Shown here: in pieces, positions 6,812 to 14,457 of the stretch
Layout: every line of letters starts with the position of its first letter
How positions within the stretch are numbered: position 1 is the first letter of the stretch
Origin: an uncultured Thermococci archaeon
GTDB taxonomy: Archaea; CAYQAE01; CAYVLA01
Assembly: GCA_964549615.1 (NCBI GenBank)
Contig: CAZJVP010000043.1
Location: forward strand, 1-17,057
Reading direction: 5' to 3'
Length of the DNA stretch: 17,057 bases
The notes under the pieces: generated by a model
The model's input: the letters and a program-made list of their open reading frames with translations, nothing else
Told to the model about the DNA's origin: nothing
The model's database searches: none
Made by a program: the position numbers and the translations under genes

Positions 6812-8017
6812 CTACTGGAGGATTTTCGATCTAGGCGCGATGACCGTGTTCGGATCAAGCATCATCCCCGCGCTAACGAAGGCGCCTTCCCCAATGACCA
6901 CGCCGTCGCCCAGTACGGCTCCCAATCTTTTCCGGCCGGAGTCGAGCCACCTGTCCTTTATCCTAACGCGAACGCCGCGAGCGCGCGCATCGCGGTCAGC
7001 CAGAGTCGCCCCAGCACCAACGACGCTGTTCGGACCAAGGACGGAATAGCCGACCGTCGCCCCCTGTTCGATCCGGCATCCTTCCATGAGAACGCATCCC
7101 TCAACCCTTGCCCCCTTGATCTTTGATCCGTCCCCAACCGAGCAGTACGGTCCGACGACCGCCCGCCCTGCTATTGAGCACTCCCTGCCGATGATGCTTG
7201 GCCCGATGATCCTTGCGCGGCCCGCCACCAAGCTGCCCTCCCCGATTCGCACGGCTGAGCTGAGTTGGGTCCCCCTGAAGGTTCGCCCCACGTTTCGGCG
7301 AAGGAACAACTCGTTTAGGCCGATGACATCCCATGGCTTTCCAAGCTCGTGCCACTCCCTCACGCGATGGCAACGCACACGCATCCCAGCGTCGATCATG
7401 GACTGAAGGGTGTCCGTGATCTCGATCTCTTTTCTCTTCGGGTTGGGCGGGGTCCTGTCGATCCAGTCGAAGACGTCCGCATGAAAAACATAGACGCCGA
7501 CGTTTGCAAGGTCCGACGGCGGGTTCTCCACCTTCTCCGCCACCTTAATCACGAATCCTCTCCTGGTCAAGAAGACGCCGTACTCCCAGGGGTTCGGCAC
7601 GCGCTTGGCCGCAACGCTCATGCCTGGTGAAGAGGCCATCTTTTGCAGGCTCGCACCGTCGAGCAGGACGTCCCCGTTCAACGCGATGAAGGGGCCGGAC
7701 ACAGCGTCCTTGGCCGCGCGGATGGCATCCGCCGTTCCTCTCGGCTCCTTCTGGTGACATATGATCAGCTCCATTCCATTCGGCGCGTTGTGGACCAGCC
7801 AGTCCTCAAGCACGTCCTTCCTGTACCCGGCGACGATGGCGGCCCTCCTTATCCCGATATCCATCAAGAGGTCGAGCTGGTGGCCCAGAAAGGCGCGGTT
7901 TGCCACCGGTATCAGGACCTTGGGGCGGGAATAGGTCAGGGGCCTAAGCCTCGTTCCCTCCCCGGCCGCGAGGATTACGGCTTGATCCACCCTTTCGGCG
8001 GGCATGCCATCGCTCAC
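6812..8017 (-). CDS. glmU: Sugar-1-phosphate nucleotidylyltransferase with left-handed beta-helix domain (archaeal GlmU-like)
   Basis: LAAGEGTRLRPLT..RPK nucleotidyltransferase signature, Q.EPRGTADA, LNGD and EK motifs, hexapeptide repeats, and a C-terminal SGRKRLGAVLGD typical of archaeal GlmU. The start is GTG 8017 or ATG 8005. Confidence 0.8.
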   Translation of the reverse strand: MSDGMPAERVDQAVILAAGEGTRLRPLTYSRPKVLIPVANRAFLGHQLDLLMDIGIRRAAIVAGYRKDVLEDWLVHNAPNGMELIICHQKEPRGTADAIRAAKDAVSGPFIALNGDVLLDGASLQKMASSPGMSVAAKRVPNPWEYGVFLTRRGFVIKVAEKVENPPSDLANVGVYVFHADVFDWIDRTPPNPKRKEIEITDTLQSMIDAGMRVRCHRVREWHELGKPWDVIGLNELFLRRNVGRTFRGTQLSSAVRIGEGSLVAGRARIIGPSIIGRECSIAGRAVVGPYCSVGDGSKIKGARVEGCVLMEGCRIEQGATVGYSVLGPNSVVGAGATLADRDARARGVRVRIKDRWLDSGRKRLGAVLGDGVVIGEGAFVSAGMMLDPNTVIAPRSKILQ

Positions 8018-8048
8018 AGTTTTAACCCAAACTTTTCAAATATCTTCC
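8018..8048. promoter_or_regulatory. 31-bp bidirectional promoter region between glmU and rtcA
   Basis: AT-rich spacer. TTTTAA (8020-8025, +) lies about 24 nt before GTG 8049, and TATTTGAA (8042-8035, -) lies upstream of glmU. Confidence 0.55.
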
Positions 8049-9113
8049 GTGAGCTCGGAGAGCAAGCCTGTCCTGATCGATGGCCGCTACGGCGAGGGCG
8101 GGGGAAGCATAGTCAGGGTGGCCGTCGGTCTGTCAGCCGTCACCGGACGGCCCGTCTCGATCAGCAACATAAGGGAGAACCGCCCCCGGCCCGGGCTTGC
8201 TCCCCAGCACCTCACCGGGCTTAAGGCCCTGGCAAGGCTCTGCAACGCACGCACAGAGGGGTTGGCTCTGGGATCCACCTCGATCAAGTTCGTGCCGCGC
8301 AAGCCCAACCTGGCCGAGCTGTCGGTGGATGCCGGAACCGCAGGAAGCATCGGCCTCATGCTTCAAAGCCTCATGATCGCCCTGCCCTTCGCCGGTCGGG
8401 AGGTGAGGCTATCGCTGACGGGGGGCACTCACGTCCCTTGGGCACCCAACATCGATTACCTCAGCAACGTCACTATCCCTGTGTTGCGGATGATGGGGTA
8501 CTCGTGCGACGTCACCATGATTAGCCCGGGCTACTATCCGAAGGGCGGCGGCAGGGTCCTTTTCCAGTCCCGGCCCTGCCAATGCCTCTCAGCCCTGAAG
8601 ATGGATCGATTCGGCGATCTTGTGGCGGTGGAGGGCGTCTCGAGGGCATCGAATCTGCCGGAGCACGTGGCCGCTCGTCAGTCCCGCGCCGCGGCCGAGG
8701 CGCTTCGGGGGGTGGCGGATCCGAAGATCGAGGTTTCGGCGCAGCGGTCCGCTTCCCCTGGCAGCGCGATCACTCTCTGGGCGTCAACAACGACAGGCTG
8801 CCGGTTGGGCGCATCCGCCCTTGGCGAGAGGGGTAAGCCGGCGGAGGCAGTTGGTCGAGAGGCCGGCGAGGAGATGCGGCTCTACGTCGAGGGCCGCGCT
8901 CCAGTTGATCCCCACCTCCTTGATCAGATCCTCCCGTACTGTGCGCTGGCCCGCGGCGTCTCGGTTCTAAGGGGATACAAACTTACGATGCACACAACGA
9001 CGAACGTGCACGTGGTAAAACTTTTTCTTGACAGCCGGATAGAAGTCGAGGGGGAGGTGGGCGAGGCTTGCACGATAACCATAGAAGGCGTCGGGATGAC
9101 AGGAGAGGGTTAG
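8049..9113 (+). CDS. rtcA: RNA 3'-terminal phosphate cyclase
   Basis: IDGRYGEGGG.IVR, RPRPGLAPQH, GYYPKGGG, VDPHLLDQ (adenylated His motif) and HTTTN. Start moved to GTG 8049 because the track start at 8004 would overlap glmU head-to-head. Confidence 0.95.
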   Translation: MSSESKPVLIDGRYGEGGGSIVRVAVGLSAVTGRPVSISNIRENRPRPGLAPQHLTGLKALARLCNARTEGLALGSTSIKFVPRKPNLAELSVDAGTAGSIGLMLQSLMIALPFAGREVRLSLTGGTHVPWAPNIDYLSNVTIPVLRMMGYSCDVTMISPGYYPKGGGRVLFQSRPCQCLSALKMDRFGDLVAVEGVSRASNLPEHVAARQSRAAAEALRGVADPKIEVSAQRSASPGSAITLWASTTTGCRLGASALGERGKPAEAVGREAGEEMRLYVEGRAPVDPHLLDQILPYCALARGVSVLRGYKLTMHTTTNVHVVKLFLDSRIEVEGEVGEACTITIEGVGMTGEG

Positions 9114-9536
9114 TTGGCTAGGATTTGCATATTGATAGGAAGCAAGTCGGATGAGAAGGTTGCCGAGGGCGCCACCAAGGTGCTTGACGAGATGGGCCTG
9201 GATTACGAGATCCACGTCGCCTCGGCGCACCGGGAGCCGGAGAAGGTCGCTCGGATAGTCGCATCCACCGATGCGGATGTCTTCATAGGGATTGCCGGGC
9301 TTGCGGCTCACCTGCCGGGCTTTGTGGCGAGCAGGACGACCAAGCCGGTCATCGGGGTTCCCGTCTCTGCCAAGCTCGGGGGAATCGACGCGCTGCTCTC
9401 GATCGCCCAGATGCCGAAGGGCGTCCCGGTGGCGACGGTGGGCATCGACAGGGGCGACAATGCCGCTCTCTTGGCGGCGAGGATACTTTCGGTAGCGGAT
9501 CGGCGGATCGCGGAAAAGCTTCGCGTCGGAGGCTAG
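9114..9536 (+). CDS. purE: N5-CAIR mutase / AIR carboxylase PurE
   Basis: [24 protein letters not shown] and [11 protein letters not shown]. The TTG start directly follows the rtcA stop. Confidence 0.95.
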   Translation: MARICILIGSKSDEKVAEGATKVLDEMGLDYEIHVASAHREPEKVARIVASTDADVFIGIAGLAAHLPGFVASRTTKPVIGVPVSAKLGGIDALLSIAQMPKGVPVATVGIDRGDNAALLAARILSVADRRIAEKLRVGG

Positions 9537-9544
9537 CGGAAGAT

Positions 9545-10174
9545 TTGTCGGAGTGGATTCGGAAGAGAAGGCGGGATCAGTTCTACAGGAGGGCCAAGGC
9601 GGATGGCTACAGGTCGAGAGCGTCCTACAAGCTCCTTCAGCTCCAGCGGAGATACGCCATATTCCGGAGGGGGGACAGGGTCCTGGACATCGGTTCCTCT
9701 CCGGGAGGCTGGTCGCAGGTGGCAAGACAGCTCGTTGGGAGGCAGGGGCTGGTCGTTGGGGTGGACCTCGCCGAGACCTCGAGCCTGGGCTTTGACAACG
9801 TCATCTTCATCCGGGGTGACATCTTGGACGCTTCCACGGAACGGCTCATAGCCTCGGTCTCAAGCCAGTACGATGTGATCGTGTCAGATGCCTCGCCGAC
9901 GATCTCCGGGATATGGACTAGGGACCATCTCCTATCCGTCGACCTTGCAAGGAGGGCCCTTTCGCTTTGCAGGTCCCTGCTGAAGAAGGGGGGGACCTTG
10001 GTTGTCAAGGTGTTCCAGGGCGAGGAACTCGATACCCTGCAGGAGGAGGCGAAGGCGTGGTTCGGCTCGGTGAAACGGGCCAAGCCCGAGGCGTCGAGGG
10101 GCGAAAGCTCCGAGATATACCTCGTCTGCAAGGGGTACCTTGGCGCCGGATCAAAGAAGGCCGACGGATCGTAG
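9545..10174 (+). CDS. rlmE: 23S rRNA 2'-O-ribose methyltransferase RlmE/FtsJ
   Basis: GYRSRASYKL, LDIGSSPGGWSQV, SDASP, KVFQG and KPEASR.ESSEIY (K-D-K-E tetrad pattern). Confidence 0.95.
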   Translation: MSEWIRKRRRDQFYRRAKADGYRSRASYKLLQLQRRYAIFRRGDRVLDIGSSPGGWSQVARQLVGRQGLVVGVDLAETSSLGFDNVIFIRGDILDASTERLIASVSSQYDVIVSDASPTISGIWTRDHLLSVDLARRALSLCRSLLKKGGTLVVKVFQGEELDTLQEEAKAWFGSVKRAKPEASRGESSEIYLVCKGYLGAGSKKADGS

Positions 10175-11074
10175 AAGCTGGCAGGCCTTACACTCGCCAC
10201 CGACGGTGGGCTCGCCGCACCTGGAGCACTCAACGAGCCTCCCACCGGCATAGAGACGCGCGAACTGGGCGCTCAGCCGGTCCACGGTGGATAGGAAAGA
10301 GCTCTTGCTGGTCGGCCGGTCCTCCTCCACTTGGTTTAGGAAACTTCTGACCTGATTGCGGAAGTCGAACCCGGCATAGGGGCATGACCCCAGATGGACG
10401 TCGAGGCGGTTGAAGATGTCGTAGAGCAGCGTCTCCTTCCCCGGGATGCCGCGCAACGGCTTTACCCTCGGCACCAGCTTCTCGTGGGAAAGGATGTAGT
10501 TGGGCCCTGACCTCGCAAGCCTCGCCGGGTCTCCGCGGATCAGGTTCAGGAGTGCGGACTCCGCCTCATCGTCTAGGTTGTGCCCGGTGATCAGCCTGTC
10601 CGCGCCAAGATCCCTCGCATGCCTGTTCAGAATCCAGCGCCTGAGCACGCCGCAGTACGTGCAGGCCCGCTTGGGCGAGCCAAGCCGGTCTACGATCGAA
10701 TCAAGGTCCGCCCCGAACTCCCGCTTGAATGACGCGGTGTGGAACTCAAGGTCGCTTGCCCTTGCCGCCTTCCTTGCCCGCTTTATGCCTTCCTCCCTGT
10801 ACCCGCGTATTCCCTCATCGACGGTGAGCACGGCCATCTGCGTTCGTCTCACCCTGCCCAGCGGAGCCACGATGTCCAGGCATGCAACGCTGTCCTTGCC
10901 CCCCGATACCGCGAAGATGGCAAAGCGGCTGTCCGAGATCATCCTGTTCCTGCCCACGTCTCTCCACACCCGCCTTCTGAGGCTCTTCGTGAAGCACCTG
11001 CCGCAGAACTTGGCGCCGGAGTGGCGTTGCAGGTACCTCGCCTTGCTGGTGCAGAAGTCGCAGCGAATCGCCAC
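10151..11074 (-). CDS. ncsA: tRNA 2-thiolation enzyme, NcsA/TtuA/Ctu1 family
   Basis: N-terminal CxxC..CxxC, PP-loop SGGKDS, CTYC, GHNLDDEAE, CPY and C-terminal CxxC..CxxC. Confidence 0.9.
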   Translation of the reverse strand: MAIRCDFCTSKARYLQRHSGAKFCGRCFTKSLRRRVWRDVGRNRMISDSRFAIFAVSGGKDSVACLDIVAPLGRVRRTQMAVLTVDEGIRGYREEGIKRARKAARASDLEFHTASFKREFGADLDSIVDRLGSPKRACTYCGVLRRWILNRHARDLGADRLITGHNLDDEAESALLNLIRGDPARLARSGPNYILSHEKLVPRVKPLRGIPGKETLLYDIFNRLDVHLGSCPYAGFDFRNQVRSFLNQVEEDRPTSKSSFLSTVDRLSAQFARLYAGGRLVECSRCGEPTVGGECKACQLLRSVGLL

Positions 11075-11078
11075 GCTC

Positions 11079-11303
11079 TCATCCCCCAGAGAAGACTTTG
11101 ATCAGGCTGATCCGATCGTTCTCCTTCAGCGGCTCGAACTCCGCCACAACCATTCCCCTTCTCACTGCTATGAACTCCTCGCTCAGTAGGCCCATCCTTC
11201 TCAGCAGGTCGCTGACCTGGCAGCCACGCCCAACGCGGAACCTCCGGGGTCCCCGGCCACCCTTTACCTCAACCCACACGGTGATCTTCTCGGACCTTGA
11301 CAT
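11079..11303 (-). CDS. Ubiquitin-like sulfur carrier (MoaD/ThiS/SAMP/TtuB type), 74 aa
   Basis: Ends in LKENDRISLIKVFSGG-stop (C-terminal diglycine). ATG 11303 has GGGGGTGG upstream, and the gene ends 4 nt before ncsA. Confidence 0.88.
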   Translation of the reverse strand: MSRSEKITVWVEVKGGRGPRRFRVGRGCQVSDLLRRMGLLSEEFIAVRRGMVVAEFEPLKENDRISLIKVFSGG

Positions 11304-12168
11304 CTTCCACCCCCCGGTTTGTGGGCACGGTGGTCCCCGCCGGCGTCGCAAGAACCGATCTTGCCTCCTCGATCCACGTGGTGCGGAAGCCTGCTTGGCT
11401 CAGCCTTCTGGATACGCCTCTCCGAAGGTCAAGCCTTCTGTAGCGGGATCCGGGCTGACCAGTGTAGTGCAGGAGGAGGCCGTCATCCGCGACTATGCGT
11501 CTGAGTTCGGTGTAGAAGGTTAGCGAGTAAAGTTCCCCGGCAAGGGAGAAGGTTGGAGGATCGTGCATTATCCTGTCGAACCATCCCGTGGGAAGGACTC
11601 GGATGAACCGCGCGGCATCGCACAGGACGGGCCGTATCCTGCCTTGGGCTGCAAGGCGGAAGAATTCAAAGCTGCATGGGTTCTCCCTTGCAAGCTTCAG
11701 GACGGCCTCGTTTCTTTCCAGGGTGATCACCGCGGCTCCCCTCCTTGCTGCGGCTTGGGCGGTGTAGCCAAGGCCGGTGCAGATATCCAGCATCCTCTGT
11801 CCGGGCCTAAGCCCCAAACACCGCACCTTGAGCTCGGCCTCTTCCTCGGGCAGCATGCCTTGGGTTCGGTGCATCCTGATCCCGTCGATCTCAAGAGCCG
11901 GGAAGCCCGGGGTCGGCACCAGCTTGTAGAGGCGACCGTTGAAGATCTGCAGCGGCTCTAGCCTGCCTTTCCGCACACGGTACAGGACGCTATCGCTCTT
12001 GGCGCGCTCGAGCTCGCTTCTCTGCACGAGCTGTGAACCGATTTGCACGGTCTTCCCATCCACCGCTATGATATGCTTTCCGTACGAGAGCCCAACCTCC
12101 CACCGCCCTCGTCTGAGTGCGAGAATCCTCTGCGAGTCGTGAGCAGTTAGCACGACGGGTTTTTTCAT
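11269..12168 (-). CDS. Class I SAM-dependent methyltransferase of unknown substrate (COG2521-like archaeal family)
   Basis: LDICTGLGYTA (motif I), LERN, IMHDPP.FSLAGELYS and PALEIDGIRMHRT. ATG 12168 overlaps the thiDN stop (ATGA), so the longer track ORF start at 12516 is rejected. Confidence 0.8.
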   Translation of the reverse strand: MKKPVVLTAHDSQRILALRRGRWEVGLSYGKHIIAVDGKTVQIGSQLVQRSELERAKSDSVLYRVRKGRLEPLQIFNGRLYKLVPTPGFPALEIDGIRMHRTQGMLPEEEAELKVRCLGLRPGQRMLDICTGLGYTAQAAARRGAAVITLERNEAVLKLARENPCSFEFFRLAAQGRIRPVLCDAARFIRVLPTGWFDRIMHDPPTFSLAGELYSLTFYTELRRIVADDGLLLHYTGQPGSRYRRLDLRRGVSRRLSQAGFRTTWIEEARSVLATPAGTTVPTNRGVEDVKVREDHRVG

Positions 12169-13649
12169 CTCAGAGCGCCCGCGATCATTTGCGCCTTCCG
12201 TGCGACCTCGGTTGGCGTTGATCCCAGAATCCTCATCATGGGTTCCTTGCCAACCGAGCCTAAGTCGTAGAGGAGGTCGGGAGGTCGGGGAAGGCTTCTC
12301 AACACGTGCCTGACCGCCCAAGCCATCGTCTTCTCGCCTTCTGGTTCCAGCTCCCTCTCGAACTTCGCCACGGACAGGCCGAGCTCGTTGCAGGCGGCGA
12401 GGATTGGCTCGGCATATTTTATGTTCATGCAGCACCCGAGGTTCCCCGTGAGCTGGCGTAGGGCTAGAGCCATCCTTGCCATGTGGGCTGATCCGCCCCG
12501 GCACGGCCACCCGCACGCTCTGGCTCTCTCCCCGATCCTGATGATGCGGCCCGAGAGGCCAATGACGTCCTCAACGGCGCAGGCCGTCGATGGGGCCATC
12601 GCGATGTTGATTCCAACCTGGGGCACCAACCTGTAGAAGCCCGGTGTGGCCTCCAGCTCGGCAACGACCCTGGACAGCTCCTCGCAGATCCTCAGGGACT
12701 CGGCTTCCCGCAGTGTCGTGCCGAGCGGGTCCACAGGGCCGTTGCCAGCGCCCGACCATCGGCCGGCCCTAATTGCGGCCTCCGTGAACTTCTTGGCCTG
12801 CCGAACGGATTCCTCCAGCCCCATGCCGTTGGCGAGGTTGCAGGCTATTGATGTCGAGAAGGTGCAGCCTGACCCATGGGTTGATCGCGAATCGATCTTC
12901 GTCCCTGCGATCGCGACCGAGTTCTCGGCCGTGACCAGGATGTCCGTGAAAGGTTCATCCCGAAGATGGCCGCCCTTCACCACGACGGATTTGGGGCCAA
13001 GCTTGAGGATCCTGCGTGCCGCTTCCTCGGACTGCCTCGGATTTCGGATCTTCGTGCCCGACAGCGCCTCCGCCTCGGGCACGTTGGGCGTCAGGACCGT
13101 GGCAACCCTCATCAACGGCGCAAAGACCTCCATGGGATCGTCGGCCAACAGAAGATGGCCGGTTCCGGCCCAGATGATCGGGTCGACCACGACGGGGCGG
13201 ATGGCGGCCCTCTTCAGCGACTGGGCCACCGCCCTGGATATCGCGGCGTTGCCAACGAGGCCCACCTTCGCCGCTGAGATCGGGAGATCCCCGGCGACGG
13301 CAGCAATCTGCCGCCTGACGGCGGCGGGATCGATCATAACTGACCGGCCGACCAGCCCCCTGGAGTTTTGGATGGTCACAACTGTCACACACGAGGCTCC
13401 GTGGAGGCCATGGGCTGCTATGGTCTTGAGGTCGTTCTGGATTCCCGCGCCCCCCGATGGATCGGATCCTGCAATGGTGAGGACAGCCTTACTCAATTCG
13501 CTCGGCCCCCGGTGGTACTGTAGCCCGGCAGATCTTTCGAGCAGTTCGGGTTCATGGTCTATCTGCCCCGGCACGGTTGACCTCGGGTTCCTTTTCTGTC
13601 CCGCGACCGCAAGAGACGAACGGGCAGTGCAAGCCATTCGCGCCGCCAT
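12165..13649 (-). CDS. thiD: Bifunctional HMP/HMP-P kinase ThiD fused to thiamine-phosphate synthase ThiN (start ATG 13649 or TTG 13496)
   Basis: ThiD motifs: LTIAGSDPSGGAGIQNDLKT, VVVDP, TPNVPEAE, VVKGGH, THGSGCTFS. ThiN motifs: VPQVGINIA, GRI, GGSAHMAR, NIKY, D.G..GKEPM. Confidence 0.93.
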   Translation of the reverse strand: MAARMACTARSSLAVAGQKRNPRSTVPGQIDHEPELLERSAGLQYHRGPSELSKAVLTIAGSDPSGGAGIQNDLKTIAAHGLHGASCVTVVTIQNSRGLVGRSVMIDPAAVRRQIAAVAGDLPISAAKVGLVGNAAISRAVAQSLKRAAIRPVVVDPIIWAGTGHLLLADDPMEVFAPLMRVATVLTPNVPEAEALSGTKIRNPRQSEEAARRILKLGPKSVVVKGGHLRDEPFTDILVTAENSVAIAGTKIDSRSTHGSGCTFSTSIACNLANGMGLEESVRQAKKFTEAAIRAGRWSGAGNGPVDPLGTTLREAESLRICEELSRVVAELEATPGFYRLVPQVGINIAMAPSTACAVEDVIGLSGRIIRIGERARACGWPCRGGSAHMARMALALRQLTGNLGCCMNIKYAEPILAACNELGLSVAKFERELEPEGEKTMAWAVRHVLRSLPRPPDLLYDLGSVGKEPMMRILGSTPTEVARKAQMIAGALR

Positions 13650-13675
13650 CCTAGTTGACCTCCTGCGGTTGGGTG

Positions 13676-13703
13676 GGGAACCTTTTTTAGCGAATCATAA
13701 AAA
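13676..13703. promoter_or_regulatory. Back-to-back promoters for the thiDN operon (-) and the 13714 operon (+)
   Basis: Plus strand GGGAACC-TTTTTTAG (TATA 13683-13690) lies 24 nt before ATG 13714, suggesting a leaderless mRNA. Minus strand TTTTTATG (13703-13696) lies upstream of the AGGAGGT SD at 13664-13658. Confidence 0.6.
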
Positions 13704-13713
13704 TGGCGCGACC

Positions 13714-14457
13714 ATGGAAGAGGAAATCAGGAAGATCGAGAAATACGTCAGGGTCCCTCACGTTTACGGCGTCGAGCTTTCATACTCCAAGTACGGCGTC
13801 CCACTGCCCGATCCGAGCTACGACCTATATGTGCAGCAGGAGGACAGCGGCCTGAAGCAGATGCTGGAACGCAGGGTCGTCAGACAGGCCATCGTGACGG
13901 AGGACTCAAAGCTCTTCGAAAACGCCGTGGTGGCCACCGTGGCCGACCAGGTCATAAGGGTGATGGGGCTCAGCGACCTGGTCTTGGCAATTCTGGGCCA
14001 ATCCCGCCCGCTGCCGAGGTTGGTGTGCTGCATCCCGATAGCCCTCTCGATGCACCCCGAGGCGTTGAACGTTGAATACATGGTCTCTAAGACCCGTGAC
14101 AAGAGCCTGATTCAGAAGCTGGGCTTCCTCTTCGACATTGCGGACTACCTGAACCCGGATGTGGCCGTTAAGTCCAAGCTGAGGATGCTTAGGAGGTTCT
14201 ACCCTTTTGATTCCGTCACGTGGATTCTGAGCCCGCCACCAGCAACCCCGGCAAGGCAGGAGGAGGAAAAGAGCTTCAAGAGCAAGAACCGGATACTCAC
14301 GTTTCAGAGCTTCTGGAAGGTCGAGCAGACCCCGTTGATGGAGGAGTTCGAGGGGCAGTTCAAGCTTTTCGTGCCGGAGGAGATGATGAAGTGGAGATAC
14401 GAGCCGAGGATTACGAAAAAATTCTCAGAAAGGGGTATACGGGTGAGGAGGTTGTAG
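13714..14457 (+). CDS. Hypothetical protein (247 aa) resembling the AbiEi (type IV TA antitoxin) C-terminal domain, without an N-terminal HTH
   Basis: ATG at leaderless spacing from a TATA box. Segments HVYGVELSYSKYG, IRVMGLSDLVLAIL, LIQKLGFLFD and FWKV parallel AbiEi-CTD patterns by eye. A nucleotidyltransferase-like gene follows. Confidence 0.5.
   Translation: MEEEIRKIEKYVRVPHVYGVELSYSKYGVPLPDPSYDLYVQQEDSGLKQMLERRVVRQAIVTEDSKLFENAVVATVADQVIRVMGLSDLVLAILGQSRPLPRLVCCIPIALSMHPEALNVEYMVSKTRDKSLIQKLGFLFDIADYLNPDVAVKSKLRMLRRFYPFDSVTWILSPPPATPARQEEEKSFKSKNRILTFQSFWKVEQTPLMEEFEGQFKLFVPEEMMKWRYEPRITKKFSERGIRVRRL

Noticed and set aside
10151-10174. 24-bp convergent overlap of rlmE and ncsA
   Set aside because: Short tail-to-tail overlaps are common in compact archaeal genomes, and there is no sign of special function.
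5691-10350. Long antisense or alternate-frame ORFs (5691-6437, 7643-8224, 8967-9725, 9637-10251 and others)
   Set aside because: These are expected shadows of real genes in high-GC DNA and have no recognisable motifs.
12169-12516. N-terminal extension of the methyltransferase ORF
   Set aside because: It overlaps the ThiN domain in another frame. ATG 12168 coupled to the thiDN stop is the better start.
13497-13700. TPP riboswitch upstream of thiDN
   Set aside because: No CTGAGA or ACCTGA-type core motifs on the minus strand.
12646-13713. N-terminal 356 aa of the 603-aa plus-strand ORF
   Set aside because: It is the antisense shadow of thiDN. A TATA-spaced ATG at 13714 marks the plausible start.
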